A model generated the notes under the pieces. The model was not told the DNA's origin. It ran no database searches and was given only the letters and a program-made list of their open reading frames with translations. A stretch of 64,000 nucleotides of DNA. It comes from Octopus vulgaris. Its lineage: Eukaryota. This document shows, one piece after another, positions 1-14,629 of this stretch; within the stretch, counting starts at the first letter, position 1; the number at the start of each line of letters is the position of its first letter. The DNA lies in NCBI GenBank assembly GCA_951406725.2, contig OX597818.1, positions 56,048,001 through 56,112,000 on the forward strand, written 5' to 3'. The position numbers and the translations under genes were made by a program.

Positions 1-760
1 TCTTCCTCTTACTGTAACATTTTCTCTTTTTTTTTCTCTTTGCTAATTCTACTCTTGACTTCACACTCATTCTATCCCTTTCCTCGTAGCTATTTTCGTA
101 GATAATTATCTCATGATTTCATTGATGCTCTGTTTGTAATGAAAATTTATCATGCTTAGCTAGCTTACTGCATTTGTCATCCATAATTCTATGGAAAATG
201 TTTGACAATTCCCTCTTGAAGTTACCTACACATCAAGCTTCAAGCGAGTTGATTACAATTTTTGCTTATTTGCTGCGCATCATATTTCCTTATTATTTAC
301 TCCTGTTTGCATAATATGCGTTTATGAGCCAACCATTCACAGCATGTTTCAAACAGCTGTAAAGATCTTCCTCCAACCTGTAATATGTATATTAATTATA
401 GCATTAATTATTTGTCCATCTTTTAACTTTATTACTCGCTCGAGCTCAGCAATCGTGTCGCCAACTTTTGCTTTGTAAGAGTTAGAGAAGTTGATCAGAT
501 CGAGTAGTAATTCGATATTAATCTATTACACAGTTGCACAAACAACTTCTATAAATACATTTACGCATGTATGATATATATATATATATATATGTGTGTA
601 TATTGGCAGGGCTGGCCTGCTAGGTAGTCGGCCAGAATGCTAGAAGAAGATCATCAACGATCAAACTACAAGGGAAATTCTCTAGAGGAAGAATTCAGCG
701 AACACCAGAACCAACTTTGGCGGGCAGGACATATGAAAAATTAAATAAATAACAGACTTA

Positions 761-836
761 AATGCATACCTCGGTTTCGGTCTTAACAAAAGAATTACTT
801 GCATAATTTAAGTGTCCGTGACTTCTTCAGTACATT
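761..836 (-). ncRNA. Type I hammerhead ribozyme motif (mirror copy)
   Basis: Reverse complement of 846-921; core and stems intact, one difference in the stem II loop. Confidence 0.75.
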
Positions 837-845
837 CGGTCCTCG

Positions 846-921
846 AATGTACTGAAGAAGTCACGGACACTTGAATTATGCAAGTAATTCTTTTGTTAAG
901 ACCGAAACCGAGGTATGCATT
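846..921 (+). ncRNA. Type I hammerhead ribozyme motif
   Basis: AATGTA-CTGAAGA-AGTC...GACC-GAAA-CC GA GGT-A-TGCATT: stem I AATGTA/TGCATT, core CUGANGA and GAAA, short stem III ACC/GGT, GUA cleavage triplet (cut after 915). Confidence 0.75.
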
Positions 922-1136
922 TAAGTCTGTTTTTTATTTAATTTTTCATATGTCCTGCCCGCCAAATTTGGTTCTGGTGTTCGCTGAATTCTTCCTCTAG
1001 AGAATTTCCCTTGTAGTTTGATCGTTGATGATCTTCTTCTAGCATTCTGGCCGGCTACCTAGCAGGCCAGCCCTGCCAATATACACATATACACATATAT
1101 TTGAATTTTCTCTGACTCCTCAGATTTTTTGAATGC

Positions 1137-1918
<782 letters not shown>

Positions 1919-2001
1919 AAAAAGGCGGCGTTTTGGACTTACGACACTTTTGCATAATAGCAACGATCTATCTATCAATTTATCTATCTATCTCTCTCTA
2001 A

Positions 2002-2128
<127 letters not shown>

Positions 2129-2162
2129 TTATATATATACGTAATGTATGTATATGTATACA

Positions 2163-2275
<113 letters not shown>

Positions 2276-2764
2276 TAGCTATTAACAACGGAAGCAGCTT
2301 TTTTATTAAGCTGAATGTATAAATTAAGATGTGTGCGTGCGTGTGTGCATGTATGTATGTATATATGTGTATGTTGTACGTGAGTATATATATAATGTAT
2401 TCGTCCGGCGCAGTTTAAAACTTAAGTTGCGTGACAAATAGCCAGAATTCAGAACTCTCTGTGTATTTCCTTTCCTGTATTGTAACTGTATCTTTTGTTA
2501 TGAACCCCGGGTTTGAGTGTTACACAGACTATATGTAGAAAACAAAACATGAGAGCTTGTTCATAAGATATTTAGTTACAGCATCTTACGTGCGTTTCAT
2601 TAACATAGGGTCATTATGAGTTACATAATATAACATAATATAAATTACATTGTCAAGGTTTATTGTCAAATCATCAGAAATGTGTAGCTTTTTATACCTA
2701 ACATTATTTTATAGAAATTCACCCTCGTAGACGTGTGTGTGAGAAAGAGAGGGAGAGAGAGTGT

Positions 2765-2844
<80 letters not shown>

Positions 2845-3071
2845 TATATAGTGTGTTTGTTTACAAAATCTTTGTTTTGTTTAATCTAACGTCATTAGAC
2901 TACAGTTTATAACGCTTATGCTGCAGAATTTAAAGAAATGTAAATACATCTTGTTATTTTGTTCATAGATGGCTGTCTACTTTTGAGAGGTCAATCACCC
3001 TCACCCTTCTTCTAACCGATAGAACATCAATGTAATTGCTATATAAATCAGCCACAAGCAAGCACATTACT

Positions 3072-3470
3072 GCGTCCCTAAAGTCCATCCCCTCCTCACC
3101 GTGGTGGGGACGCAGGCAACGGGTAGTGTCAGAGCTATGCCGTCGGGAACTTCGGTTCCTGGTAGGGCCACCCAAGGTGGATTGGTCTGACACCGAGTGG
3201 TATTAGGGCCACAACCCGGCAGACGGGGCTCTGGTGAAAATCCTCGGAGTGTCTGTTTCGGCAACCGGCGGCTCCTCGGTCGTTCTGTCCCTGCGTCCGC
3301 GGACAATCTGCGGCAAATAGGATGTCTCTACATGCGGGATTGTTGGGGATCGCTCGTGAAATTCATATTCCCACGAAACTTCTTCCACCGCCATGGTTCG
3401 AGATGCCTCGAGGGTGGTGGAAGAAGCCGACTCAACCCTCACAGAGTGAATGTCGCCACAAGTACAATTA
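3072..3470 (+). mobile_element. Bipartite non-autonomous RTE element (LINE 5' end joined to 3' tail)
   Basis: RTE-type 5' motif GAGCTATGCCG...CCTGGTAGGGCCACCCAAG; 3' tail GCCGACTCAACCC...GTGAATGTCGCCACAAGTAC resembles the RTE tail at 27134-27180; TSD-like AAGCAAGCAC..ACT on both sides. Confidence 0.7.
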
Positions 3471-4004
3471 AGCAAGCACTTAACTATAGTGATAGAATTA
3501 ATTTTTATATCATGTATAATCAACAGTAGTATATTCTTCTGCACAAACGGCTGTATTAGTAAAACTCAATATAGTTACAATACAGTTTGTAGTTAGAATA
3601 CATCGAGGAAAGCAAACAGTGGTAAACACACATTGTTATTCTCTTCGCACATAGAAAAATAATGCAATTGCCTTGATATGTTTCATGGTTCGTTGACCAC
3701 TCATCAGGAGAGAGACACGCTTTCCTTTACCTACGAAATGCATCTTCAAAGCAATCGCTAGTTTAAACCCAGGTTAAAACTGAGTCAACATAAGACCAGA
3801 GATGTTTCAATACGCTGCTTCATGTTTTCTTCCAGACGATGTGCATCTGAGCCCTCAATTAACAATGTGCCGTTGTTTTTAAATACAGTGTTATAAGTTT
3901 AGAGTCTGTTTGTCTGTTATGGCATTTCAGTGGGCCTTAGAAATGCTTGGCAGTGCACATCTCCTCTGCAAGCCTTCAGTCAGTTTAGCCTACCAGCAGC
4001 AGCA

Positions 4005-4410
4005 GTGGAGGTGCAATGGTCAGTGGTTAGGGCAGCGGACTCGCGGTCGGAGGATCGAGGTTTCGATTCCCAGACCGGGCGTTGTGTGTGTTTATTGAGC
4101 GAAAACACCTAAAGCTCCACGAGGCTCCGGCAGGAGGTGGTGGCGACCCCTGTTGTACTCTTTCGCTTCAACTTTCTCTCACTCTTTCTTCCTGTTTCTT
4201 GTCCCCGACTTCCTACGCAACCGCTGAGCCTCGATGCGCAATCATCCATCCGTCGATGCTCTCGGTGTCGGGGAGGTTGACCTGCTTTCTCTTCTGCGGG
4301 TCTTACGAATAGCAAAGGACCACGTTTCGGACTTCTCCCATCTTGCGAGCTCTGGAACGAAGACCGTTTGCTCAACAGCAACAGCAACAGCAGCAACAGC
4401 AGCAGCAGCA
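4005..4410 (+). mobile_element. tRNA-derived SINE family C (tail type 1)
   Basis: Head GGAGGTGCAATGGTCAGTGGTTAGGGCAGCGGACTCGC...GGTTTCGATTCCC with A/B boxes; body shared with copies at 12625, 33715 and 54325; (CAG)n flanks. Confidence 0.8.
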
Positions 4411-4877
4411 GTTACCAGGGTGTGGCTGAGAATGATCTCGGAGCCAACTCTGAGAGTCAGGTTAGAACCAGTGTACCCGTCCATCCTTAAGGATGCTGTT
4501 ACCGAAAACTAAGGCATTATTTCCATCCGAACACCTGAGTTGAGAGAGGGCGAAAGAGAGGCAGAAAAAATGTTGGTTTAACAATATAAAGGACTGGACT
4601 GGTCACAACACAGCGAACTTGCTACGCATGAGAGAGAGCAGAAACGAGTGGCGACGGCTGACGAGGAAAGCGTCTTCAGTGGGACCTCAATAACTGGTTG
4701 CATCAGTTAAGGATTCTTGTTACCTCCTTTTGCTTCTTTCAGTCATTTGACTGGGGCCATGCTGGAGCAACGCCATTATTAATGAAGATAATTTTAGATA
4801 AGTTACATGAAAATAAGTTACATGAAGATACGTTTCCAAAACGCCTCCGACAACTTAATGGATCCTTGATATAATTT

Positions 4878-5330
<453 letters not shown>

Positions 5331-5710
5331 ATATTTCTTTTTACTTTGGTAGTTAGGGGTTGATTTGACTCTTATTTCTAGCAATGCTGGGGCTGACTTG
5401 CACACTTAATCGCTTCAGTGACGATCGTACCTGTGCCTTTTGGTTGTAAATTGCAAATAGCCACCTTATATGTGTGTGTGTGTATGTATGTATATATGTA
5501 TGCATTTAGGTGTGTCTGTATATATTTATATATTTTATGCGTGTGTATGTATATATATATTGATATTTTAGATTGGAAGTCCACCTGAAGATTGTCGATC
5601 AAGACAAGAAACAATTGTAGTAGCGGTTTTTTTGACTATTTATTAAAATTTTATGTATTGATTAAGTCTTTCCTTGTTTGTTTTGCAAAATAGTGGTTTT
5701 GTCTCTAATA

Positions 5711-5749
<39 letters not shown>

Positions 5750-5752
5750 TGA

Positions 5753-5922
5753 CTGTAGGAGTGGCTGTGTAGTAAATAGCTTGCTTACCAACCACATGGT
5801 TCTGGGTTCAGTCCCACTTGGGCAAGTGTCTCCTGCTATAGCCTCGGGCCGACCAAAGCCTTGTGAGTGGATTTGGTAGACGGAAACCTAAAGACGCCCG
5901 TCGTATATATGTATATATACAC

Positions 5923-5969
<47 letters not shown>

Positions 5970-6312
5970 TGTATGTATGTATGTATGTATGCATGTATGT
6001 ATGTATGTATGTATGTATGTATGTATGTATGTATGTATGTATGTATGTATGTATGTATGTATGTATGTATGTGTGTATGTATGTATGTATGTATGCTTGT
6101 TTGTGTGTCTGTGTTTGTTCCCCCATCATCGCTTGACAACCGATGCTGGTATGTTTACGTCCCTGTAATTTAGCGGTTCGGCAAAGAGAGACCGGTAGAA
6201 TAAGTACTAGGCTTACAAGGAGTAAGTCCTGGGGGTCGACTTACGCGACTAAAAGGCGGTGCTCCAGCATGGCCGCAGTCAAATGACTGGAACAAGTAAA
6301 AGAGTAAAAGAT
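5753..6312 (+). mobile_element. SINE family A with expanded internal (TATG)n
   Basis: Same head, body and tail as the other family A copies. Confidence 0.9.
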
Positions 6313-6372
6313 TATGTTCATATACATACACGGATATGTTATAATTATGGCTGCATAGATGCTTGTAAAGAT

Positions 6373-6425
<53 letters not shown>

Positions 6426-6529
6426 CAGAGAAATCTACGTATATACATGTATGTATATAGGTAGGTTTCCATGCAGTCCAATAAATATATACACCCCCTG
6501 TGCAGCTGTTTTTATATCATCTCTCTATT

Positions 6530-6730
6530 ATATCAGTAAAACCGGAAATGACGGAAACATCAGCTGAAAGTACATTGAAGACGGCGGCCATATTGCGTCT
6601 CGAGGGAATGTGATATATATGTGAAGTAGACTCAGCAGAACTAAAGCGTTGTGTTCCAGCAACCGGATCCCGGTGGTTTGGACCGGCACACTTGGGAGAT
6701 GCAAACCAGTCGAGGCTTGCTTCCCAAATA
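6530..6730 (-). CDS. Candidate terminal coding exon with hydrophobic C-terminus
   Basis: Pyrimidine-rich tract then ...AACACAG; one frame reads LFGKQASTGLHLPSVPVQTTGIRLLEHNALVLLSLLHIYITFPRDAIWPPSSMYFQLMFPSFPVLLI*; unique non-repeat sequence; no homology recognised. Confidence 0.3.
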
Positions 6731-7010
6731 ACTGTGTTCACCAAGAAAGAGAGAGAGAGAGTGTGTGAGAGAAAAAGAAGAGGGAAGAGGGAGAAATATG
6801 AAAGTATAACTTACGTGACAGGTGTATATAATAGCCGTATAGGGATTTCGATGATGTATATAATAGCTGTTTAGGGACTTGAGTAGGGTATATATTATAC
6901 GTTCTGAACAATCTCTATTTCTTTATCAGCCCGTAGGTTTCGATGTAATACATACATATACACTTATGGGAGTGTGTATGCGTGTATATTTATATGTATG
7001 TATGCACGCA

Positions 7011-7087
<77 letters not shown>

Positions 7088-7539
7088 ATGGATGTATACA
7101 CACATAGAGAGAGTTTCATATATACATGTATTCAGAAAGAGAGGGAGAGAAAGAGGGAGAGAGTGGAGGAAGATTAGAACCTTAGATATTCCCAATTCTC
7201 AGTAATGTATATAAAACAGGTGCGTGTTTATCAGCTAGGTGTCCATAGCAATCCTACAATGGCAAATTAAGTATGTAGATTTGAAATGTGTTGTGGAGAG
7301 GGTGTGTATAAAGATTGTATAGTGTATAGCATGGTAAATACAATTGCTCATAGCAATTGTATTACATAATATATTAGCGTGTTGGTTTTAACAGGCACTC
7401 GCACACACACCAGAAAAACAAATAAAACACTAATACTTCATGATAAAAATAATAATAATAATGCTTTCTGCTAAAGGCACAAAGCCTGAAACGATCCTGC
7501 TAGCTCACCGCCTTAAAATAATAATAATAACAATAATTC

Positions 7540-7752
7540 TTTCTACTATAGGCACAAAGCTTGAAATTTGGTGGGAGGGGATAGTTGATTACATCGACTC
7601 CAGTACACAACTGGTATTTAGTTTATTGGCCCCCGAAAGGAAAAAAAAGCAAAGTCGACCTCGGTGGAATTTGAACTCAGGCCGTACGCACGAACGAAAT
7701 GACGCGAAGCATTTTGCCTGGCGTGCTAATGACTCAGCCAGCTCGCCGCCTT
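7540..7752 (-). mobile_element. SINE family B (Deu/Nin-domain type), diverged
   Basis: Reverse complement of GGCGGCGAGCTGGC head, GAGTTCAAATTCC B-box and CCTTTCGGGG...TACCAGTT domain. Confidence 0.75.
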
Positions 7753-7898
7753 AATAATGGACAGCAAAGTTTGTCTCTTAGGGGCGGTAAGGATCATCAA
7801 GAGGGTTCGCAACACTCGGGAGGCTGCTGAAAACTTGTGGATACCCACATAAATCTTACCAGAAATAAAGCCAAACCTGAGCCAAACCAAAATATCAA

Positions 7899-8257
7899 TA
7901 ACAGGAACACTCAGAGAGCGCAAACCTCCGCCAAAGCAACACCAACGTCCTCTCAACGTTTAGCCGGAGATGATTTTTAAAATGAGAATATCTGAAATAA
8001 ACTCGACTGCTCTCACAAATGATAATAATAAAAAGTAACCCGACCGTTCTCAAAACGTAAACCGGAAAAATCATCCAGAATCCTTGTCCGGTCCTGGATC
8101 GATCCCAAAATCCAATCCATTCGTGCCAGTGATGAGGCCAAACATCCCTGAAAGTTACATTCGAATCCATCAAGCGGTTCTTGAGATATTTTATCCACAG
8201 ACAAACAAACAAACAAACGCAACTGAAAAACAATATCACCGCATTCACTAAGGCGGA

Positions 8258-8262
<5 letters not shown>
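7899..8262 (-). mobile_element. DINE-1/HINE-like (Helentron-associated) non-autonomous element
   Basis: Minus strand starts TTACCTCCGCC, has a (GTTT)n tract, and ends TTGGCGGAGGT (subterminal inverted repeat) plus short hairpin GCGCTCTCTGAGTG; adjoins (AAT)n. Confidence 0.65.
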
Positions 8263-8325
<63 letters not shown>

Positions 8326-8340
8326 TAATAATAATAATAA

Positions 8341-8720
<380 letters not shown>

Positions 8721-8934
8721 CAACAACAACAACAATAACGAAGAGAAGGAAAGTAGTGGATAATATTCACCCAGTTCATGATCTGTATTATAGCCTAAAG
8801 AAACCAAGGAAAAAGCTTACCTCAGTGCGATTTGAAACCAAAACATAGGGAGCCAAAAGAGACTGTATCCGACGATCTAACGACTCTGAACTGTACGTGT
8901 ATAACTTAGATATACGTAAATTCCATCTCCTTAA

Positions 8935-9500
8935 TATTCTTTTCTACTCTAGCCACAAGGCCCGAAATTTTTGGGAAGGGGGCTAGTCGATAACATCGAC
9001 CCCAGTGCGTAACTGGTATTTAATTTATTAGCCTCGAAAGGATGAAAGACAAAGTCGACTTCGGCGGAATTTGAACTCAGAAAGTAAAGACAGACGAAAT
9101 ACCTATTTCTTTATTGCCCACAAGGGGCTAAACACAGAGGGGACGAACAAGGACAGACAAACGGATTAAGTCGATTATATCGACCCCAGTACACAACTGG
9201 TACTTAATTTATCAGCCCCGAAAGGATGAAAGGCAAAGTCGACCTCGGCGGAATTTGAACTCACAACGTAACGCAGACGAAATACCGCTAAGCATTTCGC
9301 CCGGCGTGCTAACATTTCTGCCAGCTCACCGCCTTAAAATATTCTCATCTACTCTAGGCACAAGGACCGAAAGTTTTGGGAAGGGGACCAGTCGATAAGA
9401 TCGACCTTGGCGGGATTTGAACTCAGAACGTAGCGGCAGACGAAATACCGCTAAACATTTCGCCCGGCGTGCTAACGTTTCTACCAGCTCACCGCCTTCT
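8935..9500 (-). mobile_element. Cluster of three SINE family B copies
   Basis: Repeated GGATGAAAGGCAAAGTCGACCTCGGCGGAATTTGAACTC and CGCCCGGCGTGCTAAC...CCAGCTCACCGCC motifs at ~8935-9100, 9105-9335 and 9340-9500. Confidence 0.85.
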
Positions 9501-9811
9501 ATAACCTTAATATTATACTGGCAAAGATAAAGAAACACTGTGAGCAACAAAATGTTTTTCAACGTTACATAATGAGTCACAAATACTATAACGTCTCGTA
9601 TATTATTTGGGTTGTAAATCAAATATAGTTGAAATATGATAAAACTATTATCGCCAAAAATACAATACAAGGAACGCCGTTGCATATCTACTAAAACTAA
9701 TATTTAGACATTGGTATAAAATATACCAAAGAATTTTTATTTTCTTGTATACATTCTTGTCTGTCTATCGATTTGTTCTGTATGTAAGTGTGGAACAATA
9801 CAAATTTTCGG

Positions 9812-9885
<74 letters not shown>

Positions 9886-10092
9886 TAATATGATACTCGT
9901 ACTGGGGCATGTTTGGAAATTTTCTGGTTAAGTTTTATTCTCGACTAAAGGCGGTGCTCCAGCATGGCCGCAGTCAAATGACTGAAACAAGTAAAAGAGT
10001 AAAAGAGTATTCGTTCTCAATCGTCTTCAACAAGAATTGTGTATGAATGTAATTAGGAAAGGTGCCTGTATATACATATATGTGTGTGTATG

Positions 10093-10129
<37 letters not shown>

Positions 10130-10342
10130 ATACTCACACATATATATATATGTATCTATGTATGCACATATACATATATATATCTAATACATATGCATAT
10201 ACATATATACGCACTTTCATATACACACACACATATATATATATATAAACACATGTATTTGCATATATATTTACATACGCAAATATTCATATAAGCACAC
10301 GCATACAGATATTTGTTTACAAAGATATTTAGACATGCAAAT

Positions 10343-10376
<34 letters not shown>

Positions 10377-10882
10377 GTTATACATATACATATAATATAT
10401 AACATATATATATATGAGTGTATAAATATACATGTATGTATATAGATGTATATATCTGAATATATGTATTTCAATATATATCTATATACATAGATATATC
10501 TATAACCCAGTATGAGTATGCTTTTGTGTCATTTGTGCGTATATACATTAATGTATGTTTGTGTATATATACACACACACATACACACACATTAATGTTT
10601 GTGCGTGTATACCTTAAATTAGGCATATATATATATGAGTGTATAACGAACCGACACATCTCCCTAAAGATGAAACCTCCCCTTTTTTTACCTGTCCACC
10701 CACGCATATATCATTAGACAAAAAACAAATCAGCCGCCCAGGGAAAAAGGGTAGTCTTTGGCTGTGGTGCACCCGAACTTCATAGCTGTTGCCACCCTTA
10801 ATTGTGTAGCTGTGAACCCGCGTCCATATATGGATCTAAAGGCAGACAGACCAAGATGTACTTCTAACGAAATGTTTGCTTG

Positions 10883-10937
<55 letters not shown>

Positions 10938-11210
10938 TATACATATATATGCACATATATATATATATATATATAGAGGGCATTATTACACATAAATGCC
11001 TCACATTTATGTGTAATAATGCCCTCTATACAATATAGATATAATTAATTTGTTCAAAAGAAAAAAATTATTTTCGAATTCTTTTCTTTTATGAGGTTTT
11101 CACGCTAACTACCCGATAATTTCTTGTTAAGATCCCTTATTAAGAGGTTATCCTTAATTGTTAAACTTATATATATATATATATATATATACATATATAT
11201 ACATATATAT

Positions 11211-11258
<48 letters not shown>

Positions 11259-11919
11259 TTATATTTATATATACAGGGTACCAAAACAATGCGTACTTTC
11301 ACGAAAATATTAGTGTGTGTATATAAATTTGTATATACAAATGTGCTTGTGCGCGTGTGGCGTGTGTGAGTGTGCGTGTGTGTGTGTATGTGTGTGTGTG
11401 TGTGTGTAATGTGTGTGTGTGTGTATGTGTGTATGCATTTACGCATAACTACCTCAAATGTATGTTGTGACCATGTCGTTGATGTTACTGTATCAACTGT
11501 ATGTGCATGTGAGTGAACGTGTGTGTGTGTGTGTGTGTGTGTGGTGTGCATTCTATACATGTCTTCATGCATGGGTATAGTTATACACACACACACATAC
11601 ACACACACACACATATATATATATATGTATATATATATCTTGATCTATGAACGCCCGTTCATACATATATATACATAAATATATAGAGAGAGAGATGTTT
11701 GTATATATATATTCATATATATATATGTGTGTATGTATGTATATCGCAGAGTGTGTGTCTGCTTATGTCTACATGTATGTGTGTGCGTGCTTATGTGTAT
11801 GTATACCCGTATATCTTTGTTCATGTATGTATATATGTATATTTGTAAGTATGGCTGTATTGATGAAAGATTGGATGGGTATATAGATGCGCATGTGTAA
11901 CTGTTTGCGTAAGATGTAG

Positions 11920-12286
<367 letters not shown>

Positions 12287-12624
12287 TACACACATACGTA
12301 CATATATTATAATCTTTATGTGTGTATTTATGTCTGTGTATTTATATATGCCTGTACATGTGTTTATCATAGTTAGATGGATAGATGTGTACGTATGTAG
12401 GAATGCATGGATGTATGTGTGCTTGTGTGTATGTGTGTATGCATATATGTATATACGCGCATGTGTTTAGCATGCGTGTGATAAAGTGTGTGTGTCCGTA
12501 TACATAAAGCGCAAAGCATAAAACGCAACGCCATTCTGTATTGGTATACGTCTTTGGAAGTGTCTGTACTTCAACTAGAGTATAAGCGTTATTGCATAAC
12601 TGAACATTCTGGTACGCCATTATG

Positions 12625-13011
12625 CGTTTAAACGTGGCATCCCGTCGGTTATGACGACGACGGTTCCAGTTGATCCGATCAATAGAACAGCCTGCTCGTG
12701 AAATTAACGTGCAAGTGGCTGAGCACTCCATAGACACGTGTACCCTCAACGTAGTTCTCGGGGAGATTCGGCGTGACACAGAGTGTGACAAAGCTGGTCC
12801 TTTAAACTACAGGTACAACAGAAACGGGAAGAAAGAGTGAAAGAAAGTTGTCGTGAAAGAGTACAGCAGGGTTCACTACCACCCCCTGCCGGAGCCTCGT
12901 GAAACTTTAGGTGTTCCCACTCAATAAACATAACGCCCCGTCTGGGAATTGAAACCGCGATCCTACAACCGCGAGTCTGCTGCCCTAACCACTGGGCCAT
13001 TGCGCCTCCAC
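12625..13011 (-). mobile_element. tRNA-derived SINE family C (tail type 2)
   Basis: Head and body match 4005-4200 but the 3' part differs (CACGTTAATTTCACGAGCAGGCTG...AACCGACGGGATGCC). Confidence 0.8.
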
Positions 13012-13504
13012 GTGCGTTTATACGTGAGCTATGTCTGTGTGTTCTTGCTTTGATGTGAGTATGTGTGAGTGTGTGTGTGTATGTGTGTGTGTGTGTGTGT
13101 GTGTGAGTGTGTGTGTGTGTCTGTCTGTCTAAATATGTATATGTGTGCGTGTACCGTTATATGCTTTGTGAGTCGAGATGATTGGTTGTGATTAACGAAG
13201 AGTACATGTGTTCGTGTGTAAACGTGTGTGTAAACGTGTATGTGTGTGCATGTGTACATGTGTGTATGTGTGTATGTGTTCCGTATGCTTCTCTCAGGTC
13301 ATGGCTCTGTGCGCATGCGGATGCAGATTAAAACTACAATGCATACTATGAGTGTGAAGACATATATATTAGTGTGTGCGTGTGTATGTGTATGAGTGTG
13401 TGTATGTATGTATGTATATGTATATATGTATGCATGTATGTATATACACATATATATGTATATATATATACATATGTTTATATGTATGTCTGTCTGTCTA
13501 TATG

Positions 13505-13536
<32 letters not shown>

Positions 13537-13551
13537 CGTGTATATATATAC

Positions 13552-13601
<50 letters not shown>

Positions 13602-13929
13602 GTATATATATATATATTGATAAATGTGTGTGTATATGTATATATATGCATGTGTGTGAATATATGTATGGAAGTATGTGTATATGCATGCTTGTACACA
13701 CGCACATATATACTTATATGTGTGTGTATGCGTGTGTGTGTGATGAATGTCTGTACACAAATACATATGGCGTCTATATACGTACTTATGCATACATATA
13801 TATGCATGGATATGCATATATATGTGTGTATGTATGTCAGAGACACACATGCACAAACACACACATGTAAGTAGGGTCTACTACATGTGTTCGTACGTCT
13901 TCCTGTGCGCATACGGGTATATACACCTC

Positions 13930-14266
13930 CTAGGGTACCGCTACATCTCTTGTACAGGGTAGTGTTTGACACCGGAAGTTCAACATTTCTCGTCTGCATG
14001 CTTTCAATTCTCTTAGTCAGGTCTTCCATTCTGTTGCTTAGAGTTTCGTTGCTAACTGCAACTATTGTTGTTGTTTTTTTGTTGTTGTTGTTTTTGTAGC
14101 CGTTGTTTGTGTTTTAGTTATTATAGATGTTGTTGTTGTTGTTGTTGTCGTTGTTGCTGCTGCTGCTGCTGCTGCTACTACCGCTGCTGTTCCTGTTGTT
14201 TTTGAAGTCGGTGTTAAGTGTTGTAGCTGTTGGTTCTATTGTTGCTGTTGTTGTTGTTTTTGTCGT

Positions 14267-14303
<37 letters not shown>

Positions 14304-14629
14304 TGAATTGATGGTGGTGGTGGTGGTGGTGGCGGTGGTGGTGGTGTTACCGCTGCCTGCAGCCCCAGTTCAACCCCTATCAAACAAGCATGTGATGAAA
14401 TGCATTCCATCCGTGACCATCTTGTCTTTCTTTTTCCTGTGTGCCGGGAACTCGTGTTACGATGGCGGCGGCGGCGGTGGTGGTGGTAATGGTGCTGGTG
14501 GTGGTGGTGGTGGTGGTCTTGGATGTAGTGGTGGATGTAGTGGTAGTGATGATGGTGGTGGTGATGGTGGTGGTGATGGTGGTGGTGGTGGTGGTGGTGG
14601 TGGTGTGCTTGCGTTGTTATCGATGAACC
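13930..14629 (-). CDS. Candidate low-complexity (His/Pro/Asn-rich) coding exon with one in-frame stop
   Basis: One frame runs HHH...RHRNTSSRHTGKRKTRWSRMECISSHACLIG...NNIYNN*NTNNGYK...NRMEDLTKRIESMQTRNVELPVSNTTLYKRCSG; TAA at 14114-14116; boundaries uncertain. Confidence 0.3.

Larger units (their letters stand above)
595..1087. mobile_element. Long palindromic (foldback) insertion, probably an inverted Penelope-like pseudo-LTR pair
   Basis: Arms 595-838 and 844-1087 are reverse complements (4 mismatches seen by eye) around a 5-nt loop GTCCT; TA/TG-rich flanks; each arm carries a hammerhead motif. Confidence 0.8.

Noticed and set aside
4005-4080. tRNA gene
   Set aside because: The tRNA-like head continues into a SINE body found in several copies; no clean cloverleaf or terminator.
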